Assembly (NCBI GenBank): GCA_050949165.1
Contig: JBMNFF010000010.1
Location: 150,251 to 214,250 of the forward strand
DNA length: 64,000 bases
Origin: Bacillota bacterium
GTDB lineage: Bacteria; Bacillota; Proteinivoracia; UBA4975
Reading direction: 5' to 3'
The notes beneath the pieces were generated by a model. The model was not told the DNA's origin, did no database searches, and saw only the letters and a list, made by a program, of their open reading frames with translations. Of this stretch, positions 38,315 to 48,024 are shown piece after piece (the first letter of the stretch is position 1; each line of letters starts with the position of its first letter). The position numbers and the translations under genes were made by a program.

Positions 38315-40396
38315 TTATTGGAGTAACGCCTGTAATTCCACCAGGAGATCGTCGTAACTGAAGGGCTTGGACAGGGCGCCGCTGAATCCGTACTCCCGAT
38401 AATTGGCCATCACCGGGTCGTTGGAGTAGCCGCTGATTACCAGGGCGATGACTTCGGGGTCCAATTCCAGCATTCTCTTTATGGTCTCCCTGCCCCCCAT
38501 TCCCCCGGGGATTGTCAGGTCCATGATCACTGCCCGGTACTTGTCCTCCCGGCGCATTCCCTCCTGGTAGAGGGCCAGCCCTTCTGCCCCGTCGCCCACC
38601 CATTCGGCCATATAGCCGTGCATGTTTAGGATTTCTGTCAGGGCTTCGGCGATGTGCTCATTGTCTTCTATGATCAGGATGCGGCCGGCAGCGGCTGCGG
38701 GCGCACATTTTTTCACAAGCCCCTGGGTTTGCCCCAGAGCAGCGGGCAGGAACACGTGGAAACAGGTCCCCACTCCCACCTCGGATTCTACGGTAATATG
38801 GCCTTCATGATTCTTGATTATAGAGTAGGCCGTAGCCAGGCCCAGGCCATTTCCCCCATCCTTGGTGGTGAAATATGGGTCAAAGATCTTGTCCAAATCC
38901 TCAGCGGCGATGCCCACTCCCTGGTCGGCCACGGAAATTTTAATGTACCTGCCGGCAGGCAAGGGCAGGGGAGACTCTGCATCGATATCCAGGTTAACTG
39001 CCGAAACGCATATGCTGCCCTGTTCATCCATGGCTTGGCAGGCATTGATCAGCAAGTTGCTCAGGACCTGACCGATCTGCCCCAGATCCACCTCGGCGGG
39101 CGAGAGCTCCGGATCCAAATTGCACTTGCACTCCACCGAGAAATTCTGGAGGGTCAATTCCGCCGTATACCTGATGGTTTCCAGCAGGGAAGCGACTTTT
39201 CTGACAGGCTTGCCCCCTTTGGCGAAGGTCAGGAGCTGGTGCGTCAGGGCCTGGGCGTCCAAGCAGGCCCTTTCCGCCAGCTCCAGGTTCCGGTACACCT
39301 TTTCGCCGGGTTCCACCTGCATCTTGGCAATCTGGGTATGGCCCATGATGGCCGTCAGGGCGTTATTAAAATTATGGGCGATGCCTCCGGCCAAGACTCC
39401 CAGGGACTCCAATTTCTGAACCTTGATTAACTCGGCCTTGGCCTTTTCCAACTGCGCCGTCCGCTCTTCTACCAATTGTTCCAGATGCTTCTCCTTTTCC
39501 CGCAACTGGTCAAACAGGAGGAGATTCTCATAGGCCAGGGAGGCCTGGGCGCTGAGAGTCATGGCCGCCTCTTCGTCACCGCTGGAAAATGCCTCCCCAT
39601 CCAGCTTGTCCTTGAGGCAAATCCAACCGTAAACCCGGCTGGGCGTAGCAAAGGGCAGGGCCAGCATGTTTGCGGGATTGTCGCCGCCTTGGCTGGACCA
39701 TCGCTTTGGCATCTGTTTGCTCAGCACCTGCTCTTTGATTTCCAGAGGGGGGTACAGGCCCAATGGACAAGAGTTATAGGGCTCATCCTCGGCCCGGCCC
39801 AGGAAGTAACTCTTCCTCTCCGCCGATTCCATCACTCCCAACAGGCAGTGCCGGCAGTTGAGAAATTCCCGAAAGGCCCGGGCCACCACCCTCAACAGGT
39901 GCTGGCGGTCTCGCAGGGCAACCAGACTGTGGCTCATATCCATCAGCACCGCCAGCTGCAACCCGGTGCTGAGGGTAAACACACTGTCGGGAGGCTGGCG
40001 AGATCCCGGCGGAGGGTCACCGCCTATGCCCAACACCTCATTGACGACATCGAGGATGGCTCCGGGGTCCGAGGGCTTGGTAATTACCCGACAGCTCCCA
40101 CAGCCCTTGCCCAGGCTGATCTCCTCGGGCAGACAGCAGGTAGCCGTATAGAAGATTATCGGGATGGAATCACAGGCAGATACTTCCCTTAGGCGCTGGG
40201 CGAATACAACTCCGTCCATGGTGGGCAGGAGGATGTCGGTAATGATCAGGTCCAGGTGATTATTGCGGGCCAGGGTCAAAGCCGTCCAGCCATTGGCGGC
40301 CTCCAATACCCGGTGTCCCGTGCTTTCAAAAAGTGTGCGCAGCAGTTGCCTGCTCATATAATGATCTTCTACCAGCAGAATTGTGGCCATTTTCAT
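38315..40396 (-). CDS. Cytoplasmic hybrid histidine kinase (REC-GAF-HisKA-HATPase-REC)
   Basis: LAGGIAHNFNN, NACQAM, DQGVGI, PYFTTK, GLGL. Confidence 0.93.
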   Translation of the reverse strand: MKMATILLVEDHYMSRQLLRTLFESTGHRVLEAANGWTALTLARNNHLDLIITDILLPTMDGVVFAQRLREVSACDSIPIIFYTATCCLPEEISLGKGCGSCRVITKPSDPGAILDVVNEVLGIGGDPPPGSRQPPDSVFTLSTGLQLAVLMDMSHSLVALRDRQHLLRVVARAFREFLNCRHCLLGVMESAERKSYFLGRAEDEPYNSCPLGLYPPLEIKEQVLSKQMPKRWSSQGGDNPANMLALPFATPSRVYGWICLKDKLDGEAFSSGDEEAAMTLSAQASLAYENLLLFDQLREKEKHLEQLVEERTAQLEKAKAELIKVQKLESLGVLAGGIAHNFNNALTAIMGHTQIAKMQVEPGEKVYRNLELAERACLDAQALTHQLLTFAKGGKPVRKVASLLETIRYTAELTLQNFSVECKCNLDPELSPAEVDLGQIGQVLSNLLINACQAMDEQGSICVSAVNLDIDAESPLPLPAGRYIKISVADQGVGIAAEDLDKIFDPYFTTKDGGNGLGLATAYSIIKNHEGHITVESEVGVGTCFHVFLPAALGQTQGLVKKCAPAAAAGRILIIEDNEHIAEALTEILNMHGYMAEWVGDGAEGLALYQEGMRREDKYRAVIMDLTIPGGMGGRETIKRMLELDPEVIALVISGYSNDPVMANYREYGFSGALSKPFSYDDLLVELQALLQ

Positions 40397-40580
40397 TCCT
40401 TCTTCCGATGATAGAGAGTGCTATGGTGTAATCTCCAAGCTTGCTTTGCCAACACACGGAACGGTATAGGCTCTGGGGATGTTGGCAATCCAAATAGAAG
40501 TATAATATATTTTTGAGATAATTTCTATACTTTTTTATTATAAGAGCAAGGTAGAGGGCCTGCCGCCCTCTACCTTGCTC

Positions 40581-41345
40581 TTATTTGCTTTTCCCGGTGT
40601 AGATGTGAATAGCATCCCGGAGGAAGGCCGCCGTCCCCGGCTGTTCCCGGTCGTAAAAGGCGGTAAACCTCTCATCATCGACGTACATCTGGGCGAGACC
40701 GGCATGGGCCTCCTTATCGTAGTGGGGCCAAAAATAGCACAGCCATTGCCGATGTAAGTCGGCAGCCTTCTGGGCCAGCTCCCCGCCGGGGTCGCCGGTG
40801 GCCATGGCGGCCTTGAGGGTCGCCATCAGCTCCTCGCTCAGCCTGGTCGCCTCTTCATGCTGGGCAGGGGTCATGTTCATGACCTTCTGATTGGCTCTGT
40901 CCACCGCGGCGTCGCCGTACTTCTCCCGAGCCTCCCGGCCATACTTCCCCTCGTTCTCCTCCACCAGCTTCTTCTTAAAGCCTTCAAACTTTTCCCTGTC
41001 GGACATGGTAATCCTCCCTTCCTTCCGGGCGATGGACTTCTCTACATTGGCGATGAGCAGGTCCAGTTGCGCCCGCTTTTCAAGAAGCCTTTCACGGTGT
41101 TCCCGCAGTGCAACTGCCGGATCGAAATCGGGATTGCTGACAATTTCCCGAATCTGCTCCAGGCTGAAGTCCAATTCCCGGTAGAACAGGATCTGCTGCA
41201 GCAGATCCACCTCGGCCTGCCCGTAGATGCGGTATCCCGAAGAACTGAGTCGCGTCGGTTTCAGCAAGCCGATCTGGTCGTAATAGCGCAGAGTCCTGGC
41301 GCTGACTCCGGCCAGCCGGCTGAGCTTCTGCACTGTGTACTCCAT
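40581..41345 (-). CDS. mta: MerR family regulator with a TipAS domain (Mta-like)
   Basis: GVSARTLRYYDQIGLL; GLAQMYVDDERF. Confidence 0.9.
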   Translation of the reverse strand: MEYTVQKLSRLAGVSARTLRYYDQIGLLKPTRLSSSGYRIYGQAEVDLLQQILFYRELDFSLEQIREIVSNPDFDPAVALREHRERLLEKRAQLDLLIANVEKSIARKEGRITMSDREKFEGFKKKLVEENEGKYGREAREKYGDAAVDRANQKVMNMTPAQHEEATRLSEELMATLKAAMATGDPGGELAQKAADLHRQWLCYFWPHYDKEAHAGLAQMYVDDERFTAFYDREQPGTAAFLRDAIHIYTGKSK

Positions 41346-41367
41346 GAAACCACCTCCTGACAGGTAT

Positions 41368-41398
41368 AGTTTACACCTTTACGTAACGTAAAGGTCAA
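41368..41398 (-). promoter_or_regulatory. MerR-type promoter with a 19-bp spacer and palindromic operator
   Basis: TTGACC-N19-TAAACT overlapping the palindrome acctttacg-taa-cgtaaaggt. Confidence 0.88.
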
Positions 41399-41453
41399 GG
41401 GAGCTTTTTCTTTTTTTAGCAAGCAAAAAAGGCACTGTCCGCGCCTTTTTTCT

Positions 41454-43196
41454 TTAACCCGCCAAGGTCTTGGCAGCACTCTGGGCCTGACACAGCTTGT
41501 AATACAGGCCCTTCTTGTCCAAGAGCTCCTGATGGGTGCCCTGCTCCAGGATCTCCCCTTCCTCCAGGACCAGAATCTGGTCGGCGTCCTGAATGGTGGA
41601 GAGGCGGTGGGCGATGACAATGGCGGTCTTGTTCTCCTTGAGCTTGTTCAGGGCTTCCTGAATCAGGCGCTCGGTCTGGGTATCCACCGCCGAGGTTGCC
41701 TCGTCCAGGATGAGGATGGGAGCGTCCTTGAGGATCGCCCGGGCAATGGAGATGCGCTGCTTCTGACCGCCCGAGAGCTTGACCCCCCGCTCGCCGATTC
41801 TTGTTTCGTAGCCGTTTTCCAGGCCCATGATAAAGTCATGGGCGTTGGCCGCCTTGGCGGCGGCAATAACCTCTTCCTCGCAGGCCCCGGGGGAACCGTA
41901 GAGGATGTTGTCCAGGACGGTGCCATTAAAGAGGAAGACGTCCTGGGAGACCAGGCTGATCTGCCGGCGCAGGCTGTTGAGGGTGAGCCGGCGGATATCT
42001 TGACCATCCACCAGGATTTCTCCTTCATCGGGATCGTAGAAGCGGGGAATCAGGCTGGCGATGGTGGTCTTGCCCACGCCGGTGGCCCCCACCAGGGCCA
42101 GGGTCTCTCCGGGTTTGAGTTTAAAGGAAATATCCTTTAAGACGGGAATGCTGTCCACGTACTTGAAGCTGACATTGCGAAATTCTACCGAACCCAGGGC
42201 ACGCTCCAGCTCCAGGGCGTCGGGCGCTTCCACGATCTCCGACTCGGCCTCGAGGATGGAGACCACCCGCTCGGCGCTGCCCAGGGCCTGTTGCAACCCC
42301 TCGTTGATCTGGCCCAGGGCCATTATGGGCTGGTAGAAGATATTCAGGTAGAGGAAAAAGGCGGCCAGGTCCTCCAGGGGCAAGTAGGCGCCCAGGGCCA
42401 GCCTGCCGCCAAAGAAGATGACGATGACGGTGCCCAGGCTGGACACAAATTCAATCCCCGGATGAAAGGCGTTGGTCACCTTCAGGGCTCTGAGCATGGC
42501 GACGGTCTGCTCGGCCAGGGCCCGGCCGGTGCGCTGGCTCTCCCGCTCCTCCTGGGTAAAGGCCTTGATTTCCTTGATACCGCTGAAATTGTCCTGGAGG
42601 ATGGCGTTTACCTCCCCCACCTTTTCCTGATTCTTGCGGAACAGGGGCCGGGAAATCTTGCTGAATTTCAGCACCATCCAGGCCAGGAGGGGGACGGGAA
42701 TCAAGGTGAGCAGGGCCAGAGTCAAGTTGAGCTGGGCCAGAATGGCAAAGACCCCAATGAGCATGATGCCGTTGACCACCACGGTGGGGATGGCGTGGGC
42801 CAGCAGCACTTCGAAGGTGCGGGTGTCGTTGATAACCCGGGACATCAACTCTCCCGTCTGCTTGTCGCTAAAAAAGCGGAGGGAAAGCCGCTGCAGGGAA
42901 TCGTACATTCTATGCCGGATATCCCGGACCATATTCCAGGCGGCACAGTGGGAAATATAGTCGGTGCCGAATTTCGATATGGCCCGGACCATATAGATTC
43001 CCACCACCAGGACGGCCAGCCTGTTGATGTGGGTGAAGTCCACGGCTACGCCCTCGGTGACGGTGCGGATGAGGCTGCGGATAGCCCAGGGCCCTGCCAA
43101 ACTGGCGCCGGTGACCAGCAGCATACACAGGGTCGCGGCGACGAGCCACCACTTATAGGGTTTGGCAAAGGGCAGTATCGCTCTTAATTCTTTCAC
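41454..43196 (-). CDS. ABC exporter, fused permease/ATPase (multidrug type)
   Basis: 6 TM helices plus GATGVGKT, LSGGQ, ILDEATS. Confidence 0.95.
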   Translation of the reverse strand: MKELRAILPFAKPYKWWLVAATLCMLLVTGASLAGPWAIRSLIRTVTEGVAVDFTHINRLAVLVVGIYMVRAISKFGTDYISHCAAWNMVRDIRHRMYDSLQRLSLRFFSDKQTGELMSRVINDTRTFEVLLAHAIPTVVVNGIMLIGVFAILAQLNLTLALLTLIPVPLLAWMVLKFSKISRPLFRKNQEKVGEVNAILQDNFSGIKEIKAFTQEERESQRTGRALAEQTVAMLRALKVTNAFHPGIEFVSSLGTVIVIFFGGRLALGAYLPLEDLAAFFLYLNIFYQPIMALGQINEGLQQALGSAERVVSILEAESEIVEAPDALELERALGSVEFRNVSFKYVDSIPVLKDISFKLKPGETLALVGATGVGKTTIASLIPRFYDPDEGEILVDGQDIRRLTLNSLRRQISLVSQDVFLFNGTVLDNILYGSPGACEEEVIAAAKAANAHDFIMGLENGYETRIGERGVKLSGGQKQRISIARAILKDAPILILDEATSAVDTQTERLIQEALNKLKENKTAIVIAHRLSTIQDADQILVLEEGEILEQGTHQELLDKKGLYYKLCQAQSAAKTLAG

Positions 43197-43630
43197 TTAT
43201 TCTCCTCCTCGGCATGCCCATCGCGTAGTTTTATCAAAAGCTCCCGCAGCGCGGTCAATTCCTCCGGTGTCAAGACGCCGATGCGCTGTTCGACATAACT
43301 TTTGTGTTGTGGGAGTATTTCTGCCCGCAGCCGCGCCCCCTCCGGGGTCAGTTTTACCAGCCACACCCGGCGGTCCGCTTCCGAATGCTCCCGATACACC
43401 CAGCCGTTTTCGGTCATGCGGTCGATGATGCCCGTCATGTTGCTGGCATTGCACTGCAATTCCCGGGCCAATTCGTTGGCGGGAATCCCTTCCTCCCCGA
43501 TATGGTACAGGGCATGAAATTGGGGCCAGGTTATCCCAAATTCCTCTATTTTCCTGCGAAACTCTGCCTTCAAGCTGCTGGTGGTCTTGCGCAGCAGCCA
43601 ATACACATCTCTGGCAAGGGGTTTTGCCAT
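43193..43630 (-). CDS. MarR family regulator
   Basis: GITWPQF, DRRVWLVKLT..G. Confidence 0.92.
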   Translation of the reverse strand: MAKPLARDVYWLLRKTTSSLKAEFRRKIEEFGITWPQFHALYHIGEEGIPANELARELQCNASNMTGIIDRMTENGWVYREHSEADRRVWLVKLTPEGARLRAEILPQHKSYVEQRIGVLTPEELTALRELLIKLRDGHAEEENK

Positions 43631-43746
43631 CACAATCCCTCCCCCCTCGAATAGTCCATATATGAATTATACAATACTGAATTAACAAATCAACATGTAC
43701 AAGCGAGAACCGCCTTCCCCGCTAAGGAAAGGCGGTTCCAGACCGG

Positions 43747-44955
43747 CTATTTCAGCCCCTCGATTGATTGCAGCATTTCCAGCACTGCCTCAGGGGTAGA
43801 ACCCTTGACTCTGCACTCCAGCACAATATTTCCCCAAAGCACGCTGAAGTTCATACGGTAGCCGGAAGAGTCATCCCCGGCATCCTGGACCTGGTAAGCC
43901 CTGGCCCTGAGCACATCAAGGGTAAGATCCTGCCAGAGAAAGACAGGCCTCGTCACTTTATCCCTGAGTTCTGCGGGAACCGATTCCGCCCAGGGAATGG
44001 AGTACAAACCCAGGTCGTAGGTTTCCCGCTCCTGGACATCGACAACTCGGGTTTGGATATCGGGAGACATCCTGGCAATGTATAGCTCCACATAGCGCAT
44101 GCCGGCCTGATAGTATACCGACAACTGGTCGCTGCTCTGATCCAGATAGCGGATGGCGCCATAAAAGGCAAAGCCCTGAGGCGCGGTCCCAGGGACAAAG
44201 CTGCCGAAATCGGGATCCCTTCGCGCCTGCTCCAGGGTAAGTTTGTCGCGGCGGAATTCGGGAATAACCCTGGGCGCAATCTCGGCGATATCCATCACCC
44301 CTCCCAGGACCAGGTCCACCGTCTCCGCCAGCAGCCTCTGGGAAGCTGACTCCAAATAGCAAATCTTGCCGTTCAGTTCAAAACCCGCCCAATAGATGGG
44401 GCCTTCTTGATGCGGCCAGTGCCCCGCATGCACTTCGGTCCCATGAATGGCAGATGCCGCCGAGACAGGAAGGAGATAGTGCCAGCCTATAGTAAGCTCA
44501 ATCTCCTCTCGCCCGTCGGAATAGGAGAGGTGGATATCCACCAGTTCCCCGGTGGGGTCATAGCCGGCGACAGCTGTATCCAACCCAAAGCCTTGAGGAA
44601 CGGGGTGGGCGCCGCCAAAAATCCCGGCTACGGTGTCAGGGAACAAATCCTCCCGGAAATAGCCAAGAAGCTTTCTGGTGTCCCGGAGCACCGCTTCGGT
44701 CTGGGCAAAGTGGAGAATCCCTCCCCTGAGGCTGACCTCGTCCCGGTGCAGCCAAGGTCCCGGTTCGGAACCAGGGCTGGGCCCGAAGTCTAAGGCAATA
44801 AACAGGAAGGCCAGTATTAACACACCCGCTACCCCGACCAGGGCCGCGCCCAGGCGAAGGGGCCGCCGTTTCGGGGCCAGCACACTTCCTATTATCTTCT
44901 GATGAAGTTCTGGACCGACCTGGATGCCATCCATATAATCTAGGTATGCCTTCAT
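43747..44955 (-). CDS. Anti-sigma factor (single TM, extracytoplasmic domain)
   Basis: Adjacent to the ECF sigma; short N-terminus then a TM helix. Confidence 0.75.
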   Translation of the reverse strand: MKAYLDYMDGIQVGPELHQKIIGSVLAPKRRPLRLGAALVGVAGVLILAFLFIALDFGPSPGSEPGPWLHRDEVSLRGGILHFAQTEAVLRDTRKLLGYFREDLFPDTVAGIFGGAHPVPQGFGLDTAVAGYDPTGELVDIHLSYSDGREEIELTIGWHYLLPVSAASAIHGTEVHAGHWPHQEGPIYWAGFELNGKICYLESASQRLLAETVDLVLGGVMDIAEIAPRVIPEFRRDKLTLEQARRDPDFGSFVPGTAPQGFAFYGAIRYLDQSSDQLSVYYQAGMRYVELYIARMSPDIQTRVVDVQERETYDLGLYSIPWAESVPAELRDKVTRPVFLWQDLTLDVLRARAYQVQDAGDDSSGYRMNFSVLWGNIVLECRVKGSTPEAVLEMLQSIEGLK

Positions 44956-45441
44956 TTACTTCTCCTCCATCATCAATTTGAGTTTCTGCCTGGCCCGGGC
45001 AAGCAAGCTCCGCACCGTCGCCGCCCTCTGTCCCGTCAATTCTCCTATCTCCCCTGTGGAGTAGCCCTCGTAGTAGTAGAGGTGGATTACCGTCCTGTAC
45101 TTGGCGGGAAGGGCCAGTATCGCCTCCACCAGTCCCCTGTCCTCGCTGCTCTCGGCAGGGTGAGAATCCAGCAGGGGCACGGTCTTGCGGAACCAGGCTG
45201 AGCGCAGCCGGCTCCGACATAAATTCACCGTCACCTTAATCAGCCAGGCCCTTTCGTGTTCCGGGGAAGCAAATTCCGGAGCCTTGGTCAGCAAGCGCAG
45301 AAATGTCTCCTGGACGATGTCCTCGGCATCCGCCCAATTGCCCAACACGGCCAGAGCGGTCCGAAACACCCTGTCCTCATGTCTGTTGATAATATGAATT
45401 ATTGAATCCTCCGGCCGGAGGGAATTATTGTCCACATCCAT
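44956..45441 (-). CDS. ECF RNA polymerase sigma factor
   Basis: DAEDIVQETF, AWLIKV..N, LYYYEGYS..EI, TVRSLLARAR. Confidence 0.95.
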   Translation of the reverse strand: MDVDNNSLRPEDSIIHIINRHEDRVFRTALAVLGNWADAEDIVQETFLRLLTKAPEFASPEHERAWLIKVTVNLCRSRLRSAWFRKTVPLLDSHPAESSEDRGLVEAILALPAKYRTVIHLYYYEGYSTGEIGELTGQRAATVRSLLARARQKLKLMMEEK

Positions 45442-45455
45442 CCCCCTTCACCCTA

Positions 45456-45484
45456 TATACGCTTCAAACCCGCAAAATGCTGCA
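45456..45484 (-). promoter_or_regulatory. Probable autoregulatory ECF promoter
   Basis: TGCAGC-N17-CGTATA, resembling SigV/SigM-type promoters. Confidence 0.55.
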
Positions 45485-45644
45485 AACAGATTGGCCCCTT
45501 GGCATAGATATCCATGAGCTCCTGAGGTGGGAAAAAATAATTCTATTGCTTTGCCTGGCATGGGGTATGGAAGCCCCAGCATTGACATTGACAGACTAAC
45601 CGATATGATATATATTCTAGTATATACCATAGGAGGTGATCCCT

Positions 45645-45872
45645 GTGGACATCGCTAAGATCTTTAATAACGGGCGAAGCCAGGCGGTTCGATTACCCAA
45701 AGAGTATCGCTTCTCTGAGTCAGAAGTATACATCAAAAAAATCGGAGACGCTGTCATGCTTATCCCCAAAGGGAGCGAATGGAAATTATTTGAGCACGGA
45801 ATTCGGGAATTTTCAGAGGATTACATGCTTGAACGGAAGCAGCCTGATATGCAGGAAAGGGACAATATTTAA
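45645..45872 (+). CDS. vapB: VapB antitoxin (AbrB fold)
   Basis: AKIFNNGRSQAVRLPKEYRF; upstream tatata..tatatac inverted operator. Confidence 0.95.
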   Translation: MDIAKIFNNGRSQAVRLPKEYRFSESEVYIKKIGDAVMLIPKGSEWKLFEHGIREFSEDYMLERKQPDMQERDNI

Positions 45873-46273
45873 TGAGTTTCATGCTTGATACTGATACTTG
45901 TATCTACATCATAAAACAGCGTCCTCCACAAGTGATAAATGCCATGAAAAAAGTGGGCAGCGATAACCTGTGCATATCTGCCATTACCTTGGCAGAGTTG
46001 GAGTACGGTGTCGCAAAAAGCCAGCATGCTATCCAAAACCGGAACGCTCTCCTCAAGTTTCTGGCGCCAATTGCAGTTGTCCCCTTTGACGACAATGCTG
46101 CTGCACAATACGGTCAGATAAGATCCTTCCTGGAAGGACGGGGCAGAAAAATCGGCCCCTATGACTTGCTTATTGCCGCCCATGCCCTGTCCAGGGGGTT
46201 GACCCTGGTAACCAATAACCTTCGAGAATTCGTCAGAGTCCCTGGCCTTTCCATCGAAAACTGGGCTCAATAA
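45872..46273 (+). CDS. vapC: VapC PIN toxin
   Basis: MLDTDTCI, AEL.YG, D.LIAAHA, LVTNN.REF.RV. Confidence 0.95.
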   Translation: MSFMLDTDTCIYIIKQRPPQVINAMKKVGSDNLCISAITLAELEYGVAKSQHAIQNRNALLKFLAPIAVVPFDDNAAAQYGQIRSFLEGRGRKIGPYDLLIAAHALSRGLTLVTNNLREFVRVPGLSIENWAQ

Positions 46274-46331
46274 AAAAATAAGAGTGAATTCAAAAGGAGC
46301 AGGCTATCCCTGAGATAACCTGCTCCTTCTC

Positions 46332-46568
46332 TTATTGCCCTTTTAGTATTGCGACGATGTCCTTGGGTTTCAGCACTCTGCCTGAGGAGACTACCTTTTC
46401 GTCGATGACCAGCGCCGGGGTTGACATGACGCCATAGCCCATGATTTCCTGCATATCAGTGACTTTGACGATCTCCGCCTCCACCCCCGCTTCCTTTACC
46501 GCCGCGGCAGCATTTTCCGCCAGACTGACACAGTACCTGCAGCCGGAACCAAGTATTCTTATAATCAT
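46332..46568 (-). CDS. Small redox-active disulfide protein (MTH895/thioredoxin-like)
   Basis: GSGCRYC, YGVMSTPALVID. Confidence 0.92.
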   Translation of the reverse strand: MIIRILGSGCRYCVSLAENAAAAVKEAGVEAEIVKVTDMQEIMGYGVMSTPALVIDEKVVSSGRVLKPKDIVAILKGQ

Positions 46569-46586
46569 CCAATCACTCCTTTATTC

Positions 46587-47588
46587 CTACGCCATCAAAT
46601 AGCTGAAGACGTTAAATAAGTACCCGATAATAATGATGCCAATAACCACAATCCCGATAAATACAGCCAGCAGTCGGCTCTTGACCACCTTCTTCAGCAA
46701 GATTATCGAGGGCAGAGACAGGGCCGTCACCGCCATCATAAAAGCCAGGGCTGTGCCCAAACCTACTCCCTTGGCCACCAAGGCCTCGGCAATGGGCAGG
46801 GTGCCAAAGATATCGGCATACATAGGCGCCCCCACGAGACTGGCCAGGGGGACCGAGTACCACTTGTCCTGGCCCAGCAGGGCAGTGATAAAGGCCTGGG
46901 GAATCCAGTTGTGGATTGCTGCCCCGATGCCGACGCCGATGAGGACGTAGAGCCACACTTTCTTAATTATATCCCCGACCTGATCTAAGGCAAATTCCAG
47001 CCTCTGTCCAGTAGTCAGCTCAGCCTGTTCCAAATCCAGCATCTTATTCCTGAACACAAAGGGCTCCACATACTGCTCCAGGCGGGCTTTACTGATTATG
47101 GTGCCGCCGATGACCGCCAACATCACCCCCATGGCCACATAGACGATGGCCACCCGCCAGTTAAAGATGCTGGCCAACAGAATCACCGAAGCCAAGTCTA
47201 CCAGAGGTGAAGAAATCAAAAAGGAGAAGGTCACCCCAATGGGCAGGCCGGCGCTGGTAAAGCCGATGAACAGCGGAATTGAGGAACAGGAACAAAAGGG
47301 CGTCACCGTCCCCAGTAGGGCCGCCATGGTATTGGCAGTCATACCAGAAAACCTGCCCAGTATCCGCTTGGTTCGCTCCGGCGGGAAGAAGCTCTGGGTA
47401 TAAGAAATAGCGAAGACAAGGACCGAGAGCAGGATGAATATCTTTATTACATCATAGATAAAGAAATGGACGCTTCCCCCCACCCTGGTGACCGCATCCA
47501 GGCCCAGGGCATCGACCAGCTGGCCGACTAAGTAATCCAGCCATTGCATCTTCAGAAGCTGGTCATTCAACCACTGAAAAATATGCAT
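46587..47588 (-). CDS. ArsP-family permease (DUF318)
   Basis: TPFCSCSSIPLF, GAPMY, LSLPS. Confidence 0.9.
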   Translation of the reverse strand: MHIFQWLNDQLLKMQWLDYLVGQLVDALGLDAVTRVGGSVHFFIYDVIKIFILLSVLVFAISYTQSFFPPERTKRILGRFSGMTANTMAALLGTVTPFCSCSSIPLFIGFTSAGLPIGVTFSFLISSPLVDLASVILLASIFNWRVAIVYVAMGVMLAVIGGTIISKARLEQYVEPFVFRNKMLDLEQAELTTGQRLEFALDQVGDIIKKVWLYVLIGVGIGAAIHNWIPQAFITALLGQDKWYSVPLASLVGAPMYADIFGTLPIAEALVAKGVGLGTALAFMMAVTALSLPSIILLKKVVKSRLLAVFIGIVVIGIIIIGYLFNVFSYLMA

Positions 47589-47600
47589 AAGCCTCACTCC

Positions 47601-47909
47601 TTAGCATGGTTCTGGGCATTCAGTTTGGTGGGAATTCTCGATATGGGCAAAGAATTTCCTAAGCTCCGCCAAGCTGGCCCGGTTGAGGGTATACTTCATC
47701 CACACCCCATCCTTTCGGGCCAGGACCAGCCCGCTCTCCGTCAAGATCTTCATGTGGTAAGAAAGGGTAGGCTGGGTGATCTGGAACTCCTCTAAAATGT
47801 GGCAGGCACATAACTCCCCCCGGGAGAGCATGGTAAATATCTTTACCCTGGTCTCATCGGCCAAGGCCTTCATGAATCGAGCAAATCTGGGATAATCCAC
47901 GTTCCCCAC
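47601..47909 (-). CDS. arsR: ArsR/SmtB repressor
   Basis: ELCACH...TQPTLSYHMKIL; upstream operators cattga...tctat at 47916-47935 and 47951-47969 with TTGACA-17-TACAAT. Confidence 0.9.
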   Translation of the reverse strand: MGNVDYPRFARFMKALADETRVKIFTMLSRGELCACHILEEFQITQPTLSYHMKILTESGLVLARKDGVWMKYTLNRASLAELRKFFAHIENSHQTECPEPC

Positions 47910-48024
47910 CTCCAGACATTGAAACTCATCTATATCTGATTGTACTCCTCACATAGATAACTGTCAATGCGACAAAACGAAGCGTCCCCGCTGTCGCGCG
48001 ACAGCGGGGACGTTACAGATTGTC